From Lingula anatina (taxonomy: Eukaryota; Animalia; Brachiopoda): a DNA stretch of 64,000 nt. Made by a program: the position numbers and the translations under genes. The DNA lies in assembly GCA_051362555.1 (NCBI GenBank), contig CM120640.1:19840001-19904000 (forward strand), in the 5' to 3' direction. Positions 13,349 to 24,866 of the stretch are shown in pieces; position 1 is the stretch's first letter; every line of letters starts with the position of its first letter. The notes under the pieces were generated by a model. The model made no database searches and was not told the DNA's origin. It was given only the letters and a program-made list of their open reading frames with translations.

Positions 13349-14675
13349 CTTTCCGCCTCCCAGTATTTATAACTAAGGCGAGCGTGCTTTGTTTGGTCAC
13401 GGTTTCACTTATTATGCTAACCGTGCCTCGAGTTCAAATGAGCTCGACTCTACACACTCCCTCTACACCGCCTCTTCCGATGTCACCGCGTCATGATTAA
13501 TCTACAGTTTCCCCCTGAAACTGTCACGTATCAAAATTTGATAACAAAAGAAATTCATAACATTATTATGCTAATCGTGCCTCGAGTTCAAATGAACCAC
13601 TCGCATGACCCTACACTCTCTCAAGAAGTTATAACTCTTTATAACTTCTTGACTCTCTCTTACCGCCCCACTGTACAGAGATTAGCAATCTATTTAACCA
13701 GAGACATATCTGTTAATATCTAGTGAAAAATCAATTTGTTGCCCTAGTACAGGGTACCGTTCATGGTGGTCTTTCGTTGAATCTTTCGTTTGATTGCGCT
13801 GGGTTGTTCTGAAAGTAGTTTATCATAACTAAACTGGGAGAGAGTGCGACGGTTGAGAAAATTCTCAGAAAATTGGTCAGGCACGTGTATTACCATATGA
13901 GTAAAGTCCGATTGCACCATGATATTTGCTTGTCACTCGCTCGATGCCGACATTGGAAATAGTCTGATATGAAACTTTGTGTGGAAAATGTCATTTTAGA
14001 AAGCAATAAAAAAGCCATAGGACAATGTTGATTAATTGCATCGTTTTCTTATACTGTGACTGTGTATGTGTGTTTGCGTTTATGTGCGCTGGATGCTGTG
14101 GAGGCTCCGGGTGTGGAAGTCCGCAAGTCTGTTTCATCAAGGAGTTATAACTCCTTGGTTTCATGGAGAAAGAGATAAGCATAAGCAGATCTGGAAGTCA
14201 CCTGACTCTTTATATATGATTATGGTTATTTTCAAGATGAAAACCAGGACTGATACACTGCATAGTTGTAAAATTTGTCTGGATGTCTCCCACAAATGGT
14301 TATAATCATTTTTCAAATATATTTGACTTTCACGCAATTCAAAACGAGAACTGCTGATTATTGCTCTGCCCAAGTGATCAGGATGACCAAAAAAAGGGGA
14401 GACTTCCCTGCATAATTTTTTTTAAAGTTTGTAACGAAAACAGGTATATCTGATGTTTGATATACGTTATCTAAGAATATGCATTTTTATTTCAACAAAT
14501 TTCATTTTTCATTAATTTTTTCAGTGACCAACTGACAAATTTATTTGACGGATTTTAATGCATTAAAAATATACTTTTCATCTGGAAATAACATTTTCTA
14601 TTTTCCTTGCTAAAGGGGGGAATTAAAACCTCAATATGTTTTGATTCGCGGAATGAAAAGACTGACAGCTATACT

Positions 14676-14958
14676 CAGGAGCAGATCCAGGATTATTTGA
14701 AGGGGGTGGGGTCTAGAACGACAGGCCTCTAATGCGAAGCCGACTATTGCCCCCCTTGGTGTGGGGTTCGGGGCCTGCTTAAGGACCCGAAATTTTTTTG
14801 TGTTTTGGAGAGTAAACAGTGCCCTTTTGTACGGTTTAGAACTATAATTTAGTTAGTCAAAATTCTAATTTCAAGAAGGAAATATTGGTGCGATATATTT
14901 TTCAGAAACCGAAGGGGGGTCAGGACCCCTGACCCCCCCCCCCCTAAATCTGCCACTG
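14676..14958. mobile_element. MITE, CAG(G/T)GGCGGATC-type termini
   Basis: CAGGAGCAGATCCAGG...CCTAAATCTGCCACTG; a related element lies at 47075-47247. Confidence 0.6.
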
Positions 14959-15457
14959 TATATTTTTCAAACTATGTAATATTGTATGTGGTGACCCATT
15001 AATTTTAATAATATCTTATTGCTTTGACACATTTCATCCTCTCTGATATGTTTTTTTTTTGTAATATTTTGTACTTAATCAGAAAGGCAGTAGTGTATTC
15101 GATTTCAGATAACTAACTAATTACATGTAGTAAAAGATGTGAAGTGTAAAATAACTTTTACATTAAAAAATTTGAATAAAATAACGGTCTGAAAATGTAT
15201 CACTTTATTTTAGAGCATTTACCATACATTGTGCCTTGAGGGTGTCTTTCTCCTATTCAACTCTACCTGTATAGTCAGTGACATGGAAATTGGCTGGGAA
15301 TGATGCATGGTTTATATTGTATGAATTTTTAAAAAAAATATTGACAGAGGTCATCACTGCAGTACGTTTTGTTACTTCCTGATATGGATAGCATATTTTG
15401 AATCACCTATAACTGCATCCGTTTAGTTTTTTTACTTCAGTCTTGTCAGAGGTAGTC

Positions 15458-16944
15458 ATGATTTTCAAACTGTACAGAGTGGTTGATTTATGCATGTTGT
15501 TTACAGCTCTCACTTGTGGCGTTGAAGGTATGTGGAAAAGTAGCCCAGTATATCATTATGGTTAGTGGTGTTACATATTTTTAATTTTCATTTTATAGCA
15601 CAGATGGTAATAATACCACTAGGTTGCAGTGATAATGAGGAAGATTTAAGATTTTTGTCAATGATTAACAACTGTAATGCACAACCATACCAAACTTGGT
15701 ATGATTTTGAAAATCCTGAAGTTATCATACATGTGATATCCCTGACTTCATTTGATCTGACTGATCTTTTTTTTTCATTTATTTTTGTCACACATCTCAT
15801 ATCTTCAAATTTTTTTTAGGAAAGACAAACACCACTGTTTTTCTAAAGACAGGATGTATCCATGAAACATATTTGGAATCTTTGGTAGTTTTGGATGACT
15901 GTCTGCCTGGGGAGGTGATATTGGTTACTGAGGCATCTTATGCTCATCCTTATCCTAGGAATGGTTATACCTGTGCTAACAATCAAGGGCTGAGGACTTC
16001 TTGTAAAAGTGCTTCAGAAGCAGAAATAAAGTGTAACAACAAAGAGTTTTGTCATCTGAAAGCTGTAGCCAAAGGTCATTGTGAGGTGAAATATGATGGC
16101 AAATTCTCATCAGTTGGTACATATACAGCTGTTTTCCTTATAGTGAAATACAGATGCATTCAAGGTACAGTAAAAAGTATTTAGGTTCATAAATTGCAGT
16201 ATTCTTGAACCAGTTGCATGTTTGCACAAAATCAAATGCTATTGCAATCATGTATTGGGAAATATTCTGAAAAAAAGGTTATTGACTTATCCAAAGTTAC
16301 CATTCATGTGCAAAAAAAGATTTTTTTTATTTATTTAATATTACCAGTAAAAGTAAATACAGGGTAACACAGGGAATACGGATTTGTTCTCCAATTTGCC
16401 ATAGAAATCCTATTCACATTGCTGGTGGATCCTGGATTTTGTTTGAGTGGGGTTGGAGCTGGTGCCTGTTAAGATCAACATACCAGTATGTTTACACCTA
16501 TATTGACATGATTGTATGTTTTAAACCCCTTTTCAAGTTTTGTTAACTTTGATTATTACAGCAAACATTGCTACAGTCACTTGTCCTGTATTGGAGGCTC
16601 CAGCAGGTGGCCACATCAAGCTACCTCCCTCAAGAAATCTGCTTTCTGTGGCTGAATTTGGGTGTGACCCTGGTTTAACACTGTCTGGAAGTGACAGGAG
16701 ACAGTGTCAGGGGGACTCTACATGGAATGGGATACAGCCAGTATGTTGTAAGTATGGGTATTTGTGTACGGTAATTACTTGATCTTTTCAATGGGGGAAA
16801 ATTGTGAATTTTACTGACTTTATCTTTTTTAAGTCATTATTTCTTAAGATTAGAACATCTTATTGAGTTTTAGAAGCAAAATTAAAAATCAAGCTTCTAT
16901 CTAGTTATATTCTATGCAGTAAAAGCACCACATATGCTTCACAG

Positions 16945-17024
<80 letters not shown>

Positions 17025-19910
17025 TGGACAAAAGAAGTGTCACCCCCTAACTCAGAGTAATAAAAGTAGGCCGATCTTGGGTACTTATAATGCCTGGTCT
17101 ACTTATAATGTGACTAATGAGTGTAAAACCGCTATACCATGGAATTGTATTGTTGGTCTTGTACATGTACAGCAAATGTTATTCCTGTATTCCTCCAATA
17201 TGACAAGATACAGGCAATTATATAACGGTTATAGGTGCAAGTTATTAACCTGAAGAGGCGGAATATAAGCAATGTCAGAATATCGATACAATTGAATTGG
17301 TCAGTCAGAACCGTGCAGAGGGTCTGATCTCGGTATAGAAACACTGGATCAAGAGACAAATTGCCTCTGATGGGTCGTTATAGAAAAAATACTGGCCGTG
17401 AAGACCGACGACTGATTTTGATGTCCTGGTTGTCAAAGTTCGACACTGCTTGTCAGTTGACAACACAGTGGAACAATTTCACACATAAGAATGTGTCTGT
17501 GAAAATTGCTAGGCGTCGGTTACATGTTCAGAGAGTGTACAGCAGGGTAGCAAGATTGAAACCTCTTATATCGTTACAAAACAGGCAACGTAGAGTAAAC
17601 TAGGGTCAACAGGATCTGGAACTGGACAGTTCATGACAATTAGTCCTATATATTTTTTTCTGATGAGTGTCGCTTTGGCCTGACCTCTGATGACAGACGG
17701 GTACTATGCTGGCAAACTGCTGGTAAAGCATTTGAACCACATGCACTTAATTTTCGAACCCGGAGCAGCATATTCGTCATGGTGTGGGGCTGCATCCGCA
17801 TCCATGGCTTGGGCGAATTGATAGTGGTTGATGGAAACATGAATCACTAGAAATATATCGATGTTTTGGAGTCAGGCTTGCTACCATCTATTACTAACAT
17901 GTTTGGTGACAGGAATTATCCATTTGTTCACCAGGATGACAATGCTCCTTGTCACAGGCCCAGAGCAGTTGATGATTGGTTTGACCAACAGGACATTCGC
18001 AGGGTGATGTGGCCTGCCCAGAGTCCGGATGCAAACATAATAGAAAATGTGTGGAATGTACGGAGCTTTGTTTACGGAGCTTTGTTAGTATCATATTAAC
18101 TTTTTTTCTATTTTCATTTAAGTTTCATTTTATGGAATTTTCACCGCGGTGAAAATAAATTTCTCTTTATAATAACGCGTATTATTGGGAATACTGGTAG
18201 AAAGAAACCTCTCCAAGGAAACCGAGATTACATCTATTAAGATAAGATGTATGGACAAACACATCACACAAATATTTAAAAATACATTGTCCAAAATTAA
18301 CGTTAAGTATTTAGTAATAACAATGGGATTCCCTTTGCATAAAACTGCAAGCGGGACTTTGATTATATAGGTGGTAAATATAGATGGGAAACCTAAGTTA
18401 ACGGCAGTGGCCCCACGAACAGATCCACCAGCCTTGTGTATGTACAATAGTATGCACCGTGACGGCATCTGGCAAATGTAAGGTTCTCATTACCTATTCA
18501 TCACCCGGGCCGAGATGGCCAGGAATTACCACCGCGGTGAAAATTATTTTCCACCGCGGTGTAAATTATTTTCCACCGCGGTGTAAATCATTTTCACCGC
18601 GGTGAAAATTCCATAAAATGAAACTTAAATGAAAATAGAAAAAAAGTTAATATGATACTAACAAAGCTCCGTATTTGTTAGTATCATATTAACTTTTTTT
18701 TATTTTCATTTAAGTTTTATTTTATGGAATTTTCACCGCGGTGAAAATTATTTTCACCGCGGTGAAAATAATTTACACCGCGGTGGAAAATGATTTACAC
18801 CGCAGTGGAAAATAATTTTCACCGCGGTGGAAAATAATTTTCACCGCGGTGGTAATTCCTGGCCATCTCGGCCCGGGTGATGCATACATGTAGTATATGC
18901 GAATCCAAAATTTACCAGATGTCTGGGAAGGAAGTTGATTAAGACAAGCACATGCACATGCACGCGGTTTAACCGGTCTATGTGCCAATCATCCCAGGAA
19001 TGTGGAGGAAGCGGGCAGTATTCGAATAGATTAAAAACCTCCGAAATGCTGCAATGTTGTACGTCGTTTTCCCCTTTATAATAACTTGCATATTATTGGG
19101 GATATTGGTAGAAAGAAACCTCTCCGAAGAAACCGAGATTACATCTATTAAGATAAGATCTATGGGCAAACACATCACACGAATATTTAAAAATACATTG
19201 TCCAAAAATAACATTAAGTATTTAGTAATTACAATGGGATTCCCTTTGCATAAAACTGCAAGCGGGACTTTAATTATATAGGTGGTAAATATAGATGGGA
19301 AACCTAAGTTAACGGCAGTGGCCCCACGAACAGATCCTCCAACCTTGTGTGTATGTAACAATAGTATGCACCGTGACGGCATCTGGCAAATGTAAGGTTC
19401 TCATTAACTATTCATCACCCGGGCCGAGATGGCCAGGAATTACCACCGCGGTGAAAATTATTTTCCACCGCGGTGAAAATTATTTTCACCGCGGTGAAAA
19501 TTCCATAAAATAAAACTTAAATGAAAATAAAAAAAAGTTAATATGATACTAACAAAGCTCCGTAGGAATGATATGTCAAAACTTTTTACAAATGCCCGTC
19601 TAACCAGCAGAGAAACTCTGTTATATTCAGTGTTTCATGCTTGGGCCAGCATTAGCCCTGAACGCATCAGACAATTATATGAAACCTTGCTTCGTAGACT
19701 GGCACCTATTATTAGGTCACGTGCCTATGCTACTAAGTACTAATTTTGGACTTGAAACTGCATATTTTGGTAGAGTGTATATTTTGTTCTCATTTTGTGA
19801 TTTTTTTGTGAAATTTAATGTTAATAAAATGATACCAGGAGCATATCATTCCGCAGTCATTTATCTCCCCCATAGTATTGGCTCAGTAGGGGTGACACTT
19901 CTTTTGTCCA

Positions 19911-19990
<80 letters not shown>

Positions 19991-22900
19991 TTATGAAATT
20001 ATGTATCCTTGGGAAACCCAGTAGGTTTGTGAGTTCCTTCTTTCTTGGCTGCAATCATCAAGTCTATCTGCAAAGTTCGCACTTTGATTTGAAAATTGTA
20101 AAAACCCCATGTTTAAAACACCACAGAATCTTTGGTTTCTTTTATACTTATCAATCTTTTTTTATTAATCTAATCTTGGTAGATATTTTTGTTATAATTG
20201 TTTGGAAACATTGACAATTTTTTAGCACCACACTATTGAGTTACATATTCAGAATGTCTTCAGTGTGACTAAATCCAAGTGGTTGCATACATGCATGTAT
20301 TCATTTTTTGATTTTCTCTTGCATGAAAATGGCTATGATTTAGAAAGAGTAGAAATAAAAAAGGACATAAGTCTTTAAAGTAAGATAAAGGGTATTTGAA
20401 CTAAAGATGTTAGAAAAGGCATTAGAAAACTGCTCCTTTATTTTGGGAAAAGGATCTAATGGCATGTTTTTGTTTATTTCAGCAATACCCTCATCATTAT
20501 GTCCAAAGCGTTTGCTGGTTTCAACTTTCCACAACTACTGTTATGAATTCCAACTTAACTTCACGAAATGGGGAGCAGCAAAAAGCATTTGTGAAAGACA
20601 GAATGGGACATTGGTGGACGCCAGTGTTGAGGGTGTGGTCCAGTACCTGGGCTGGCAGGCAGAGAAAATTGGATTTGAATATTTCCACACATTGCAGGAA
20701 ACAGGTATTGCAAATGATACATGTAATTGTCTCTAAGACTGGGTTCCCATACTTAGATCAATCCATCTGGATCGACCTTACTCCCTGTGGGTTCACGCTA
20801 AATTGCTATCAGCTCAAAACGCATAAATGTCTGTCACGCCTACAGAATCAGCTAGGGGTAAAGATAATTACCCCCTGACAGTTTTACTAGGCGTGACAGA
20901 CATTTACATAAGCCAGTCAGTTTGATAGCAATTTAGTGAGACTCCCCAGGGAGATAGATCAATTCAAATATCTGTGGGAATGGTCCCTAAATCATCTTAC
21001 TGCATAGAGATTTTAATAGGATTGTCATATTGTTAGTTTAGTAAAACCTTCAATGCATGGGGTTAAAATCAAATTGATTAAAATCTCCAGCAGCACTGTT
21101 TTCTCCAGATAACAGACATTGTTTGTTTTAAGCTTAAATTTCAATTTTTTCCCTCCAGTAATACTTCTTAAGAGTTATAATGGACAGTGGACAAATAGTA
21201 GTGTTCTAAGAAATATATGGATACTTCCCTTCATTTGCCAGTATGGTGAGTATTTATAGACTGATCCTGCACTGTGTCTACCCCAACCTTGTATTAAAAC
21301 AATGCAATACTGTGCAACATACCAGCTGTAGCTGTTCTTCTTTCTCAGACCAACAGAAGCAATTTCCATCATGACACAACTGCAGAATGCCTCAGTTGCA
21401 CCAACAAAAAGTTTAGAGAAAACTGGAAGTGCAGAAAAAATTTGGTCCCACACCCTCTTGTTACATGTATGATGAATGTGACAGAGGTTTTATTTGAAAT
21501 ATGACAAAAAATCAGTTATCCTTGCTATTATGATATTGAATGATCAGAAGAAACAATTGTGAATTTGACTGGAAGTCCTCAATTTCCAGGACTTGATTAC
21601 CATAGGTATTAGATTAATCTGAATTTACCAATTAAAGACAAATATATTTTTTCTTAATAGGCTAAACTGTATAGGTATGTAAATTAGTAAACTCTATGTT
21701 ACAATAAACACAATTATTATTATTATTTATTTATTTATTTTAAGGTCATTCTATGATACAATTAAAAACATTATTATTATAATTCTTCTTCTTCTTATTA
21801 TTATAAATATTTAGGGCCATTTTATGTTGATGAACAGACAACACGCCCTCTCTATACTACTAGTAGCCCTAGCACTGGCAGTACAGTAACAGCACATAGT
21901 CAGGTGCAAGTGTCAGGTGGGTAAAGAGAGGATGGCCACAGCCATACACATGTATTATCATACAAGATCTGTTAGGGGAGGGGTGCAGGGACCTGGAATT
22001 GCATTTGATGGTAGATGGTGTTCCTGGATAATCATGTTTGTGGTTTGACTTGCTATCAATGATTATCCAACTCAATATAATTTTTAAGAATTAAAGATAT
22101 CCTATTTCCAAAATTGAGGATCTATTCACACTGGAGGGTACGGATTAAAAGAATATACTTACTGTACTGACAGTGAACATGCAGTTTGATAACCTCATTT
22201 GTTTCAGATTGTCTGGACAAATACCTCCTGTGGATCATAATTGGTACATGTGGTGGGGTGGTGTTGGTTATGCTCATGATCATCTGTGCATTAGTGAGGT
22301 AGGGTGGATTGGTCCATGAAAATGCCAGTATCTATTAAGGACTCTTTGTTATTAGTATTATTACATTTATTGATTTCTTGTTTCAAGTACTGGTATTATT
22401 TTCAGTTATTCTTCCGCTGTATCTAATATAGAAAATAAATGCCACTGTCTTTATTCTGAAATGGTGCATTATCATTCACTATTCCCCCAACTTTTCTGTC
22501 ATTTGTAGATTTTTTCTGTATTTTATTTTTTAGAAAGTTAAATAAAACAAAGAATCTGAACCAAAGAAAAAACATCAACAGCTCTACACCAACTCAAGAC
22601 AATCAAAATGTTACCCATGACATGGATAACTACAGCACGGCAGCTCCTGTACGCATGATTCCTCCATATTCTACTGTTGAAAAAAATGGTGGAAACAAAG
22701 ATTCTGAAACAACCTTTCCCTTGAAACAAGATGAAAATGGCACTTTAGATGTGTCTGAAAATACAAGGGGCAAACCTAAGGTATCTTATCTCGAACTTGT
22801 AAAAGGAGAAGAAATTGACAAGGACTATTACGAAAACCATGCAGCTCTTTTCCAGCAAAACAATCTAAGAGATCTGAAATCAAAACTTAAAAACAGTAAT

Positions 22901-23020
22901 GATGTAGGGGATGAAGGTAAGGATAGAGGCAGCAATCTTTCTACTGATTCTGATGTAGTGCTTCATATCAATGATATATACAATAGCGATGATTTTGAAG
23001 ATAACTCAGTAAGACCATAG
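15458..23020 (+). CDS. Receptor A: SUEL/Gal-lectin + Sushi + short C-type lectin-like + TM + Tyr-rich tail, ~529 aa
   Basis: Exons 15458-15527 (signal peptide), 15820-16164 (SUEL, ...KCNNKEFC...IVKYRC), 16562-16747 (Sushi, C...FGCDPGLTLSGSDRRQC...W..IQPVC), 20483-20704 and 21159-21245 (CTLD, FHNYCYEF...AKSICERQNGTL...PFICQY), 21815-21916 (S/T stalk), 22208-22298 (TM), 22534-23020 (tail). GT-AG introns, open frame, 1590 nt. Confidence 0.85.
16948..17015. repeat. (TA)n microsatellite flanking the Tc1 element
   Basis: Direct reading; a matching (TA)n(TG)n tract lies at ~19919-19989. Confidence 0.95.
18059..19564. mobile_element. Non-autonomous TIR element (TAC...GTA termini, 6-bp TSD GGAATG), IS3EU-like
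   Basis: TSD at 18053-18058 and 19565-19570; TIR TACGGAGCTTTGTTAGTATCATATTAAC; subterminal arrays of the palindrome TTTTCACCGCGGTGAAAA. Confidence 0.85.
18073..18673. mobile_element. Shorter member of the same family inserted into the left TIR of the outer copy (6-bp TSD TTTGTT)
   Basis: TTTGTT at 18067-18072 and 18674-18679; complete TIRs at both ends; interior homologous to ~19075-19564. Confidence 0.85.
20734..20990. mobile_element. Foldback/MITE-like palindromic element (family of 3487-3698)
   Basis: CTAAATTGCTATCA...AAATGTCTGTCACGCCTA...TAGGCGTGACAGACATTT...TGATAGCAATTTAG. Confidence 0.65.
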
Positions 23021-24866
23021 AGGTACATGTAGATATCTAGTTCCTTGGTAAAACTGAGATGTAAGTTGTATTAAAGGATCACACCTATGCCTGGGACTGT
23101 GGCATATTGCCATTCACACACTGCATTAGGAAGTTTATAAGATTCATGTCTATACAGCAAATTCTTATTGTTCAAAATTTTCATACAGAAACTTACACAG
23201 ATCCAGGAAATCAAAAAGTTGGGGGGAAGGGGTTAAAAAATTTTTTGCACATCCACTCTTATGAAGAATACTTTTGAAAAGATGTTTTTTTTTTTTTTTT
23301 TTTTTTTTTGCGGTGCTGAATTTATGAAACATACATCTACTTTATTGGCCCTATTGTGTCTTTTCTCCCCCTTTGGAAACCGGCGCCATCTAAATCCACC
23401 TTAGCTTGTTATCTAAGGATTGCCTGAATTTCTTATTCACTTAGCACTTTTTACTTATGGGGATTTTTATTTGTGCAGTTATCAACTTTTTATTTGTATA
23501 CATATATTTTTTCATTCACCTGATTAATGTGTATTGTCAAATAACCTGTTTACAGCCATATAAAGTTATTTATCCAGGGAATTCTTTGTGAATGTAATAA
23601 GTGACAAAATGTTGTCAGGCTTTTTTAGTGTTAAGTTTAATTGCAATGGCTCTTGTTAACACCAGTAATTTTTTAACAAGTATCTTTTTTACTTTAATTT
23701 TTAATAGTTATCAAGAAATTACTCACTGAGACAATCATTTAAGTTCAAATGAATATTTGATGTTCATACAAGATAACTGTTCAAACTATGTACACTGATA
23801 TGCATCTTAGTAAAAAAAAAAATTAAAAAAATAACACAGAGATGAAAACTGAAGGAAAATAAAGGTTCACTTGTTGGCTTAAATTTAAACTTTTTACAGC
23901 CTGTGGAGCAGGAAATGCCTTACATTAGTAACCTTCAGCTAATTCAAGCAAAGAAACCTTTAAACTCGTTTTTTTTACTTCATTTCTAATTTTTAATTCT
24001 AGACATAAACACATTCTTCTCTCAGGCATAAGAAACACCCACATTGTGTTGAAGAAAATTGAAATTATGTCTAATGTAAAGGGTTTTAACATATTACAAA
24101 ATAAATAGAAATGATAATAAATAAGGGATAAGTAAATAAATGAATAACTGTAGAAGTATGATGTCTTTAATTCAGAAATGTGAAAATGTTTTTAATCTGG
24201 GATAAATGTTTTTAATCTGCTCCAGTTACAAAAGCAAAATCTCACGAATGTGTATTTTTTAATTGTAAGTTCTCCAAATTTGCTTTATCTCATGTATCCA
24301 CTTTAAATAGATTTATTCAAATTATCTATTTTTTCTAGTTATTTAATACACTAAAGTATTTATTTGTTTAAACCAGTTCCTTGTCACAACCATCTCCTAT
24401 GTGCCAGTATTTTGGGGACACTGTCAGCTTTAACCAAGCCTCAAGTTCATACAAACAAAGTTAAACAATTCTCACAGACAAGATATATATTATGCAAACT
24501 GATATCAGTTTTTTTGCAACTAATGTAAGTTGATTAATGTAAGCCGTCACTGATTCCATGTAGCTGCCATTCCTGTGGCTGAATCATCAGATGCTATCAT
24601 CTTGCGAGGTCAGTCAGTCACCTACGGCAGCTGGCTAACCAGGGCGAGAAGTACCTTGCTTTCCTGATGGTAAAAATAGCGCATTTAATTCACTTTCATG
24701 GCTTGTGGCTACATGCGAGTGTAAGAGCAGACTTATGAAGTCGTGAGCTAAGTATGATTAATTCCTCGGGTTGGTATGATGGGACCAGATAAGGGGAGTT
24801 AATTGATGCAGAATTTGTGAGGTGAAAGAACTACTGGGCTAATAGTGGAGATATTACAAGATCCTG

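Larger units (their letters stand above)
17210..19743 (+). pseudogene. Tc1 transposase remnant with stops and frameshifts, split by a nested insertion at 18059-19564
   Basis: GR..K.T.REDR, FSDECRF, VMVWGC, HQDDNAPCH, WPAQSPDANIIENVW; the frame resumes after the insert as NDMSK...RRLAPIIRSRAYATKY*. The 5' boundary is approximate. Confidence 0.9.
17016..19918 (+). mobile_element. Tc1/mariner (DD34E) DNA transposon, decayed, in intron 3 of receptor A
   Basis: TIRs CACTGGACAAAAGAAGTGTCACCCC / GGGGTGACACTTCTTTTGTCCAGTG, flanked by TA repeats. Confidence 0.92.

Noticed and set aside
18520-18860. Regularly spaced CACCGCGGTG palindromes resembling a CRISPR array
   Set aside because: No unique spacers, no cas genes and a eukaryotic context; these are subterminal transposon repeats.
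18130-19382. Duplicated 112-aa and 134-aa minus-strand ORFs (MPSRCILL...)
   Set aside because: They lie inside the two copies of the non-autonomous TIR element and show no recognisable domain; the duplication is explained by the nesting.
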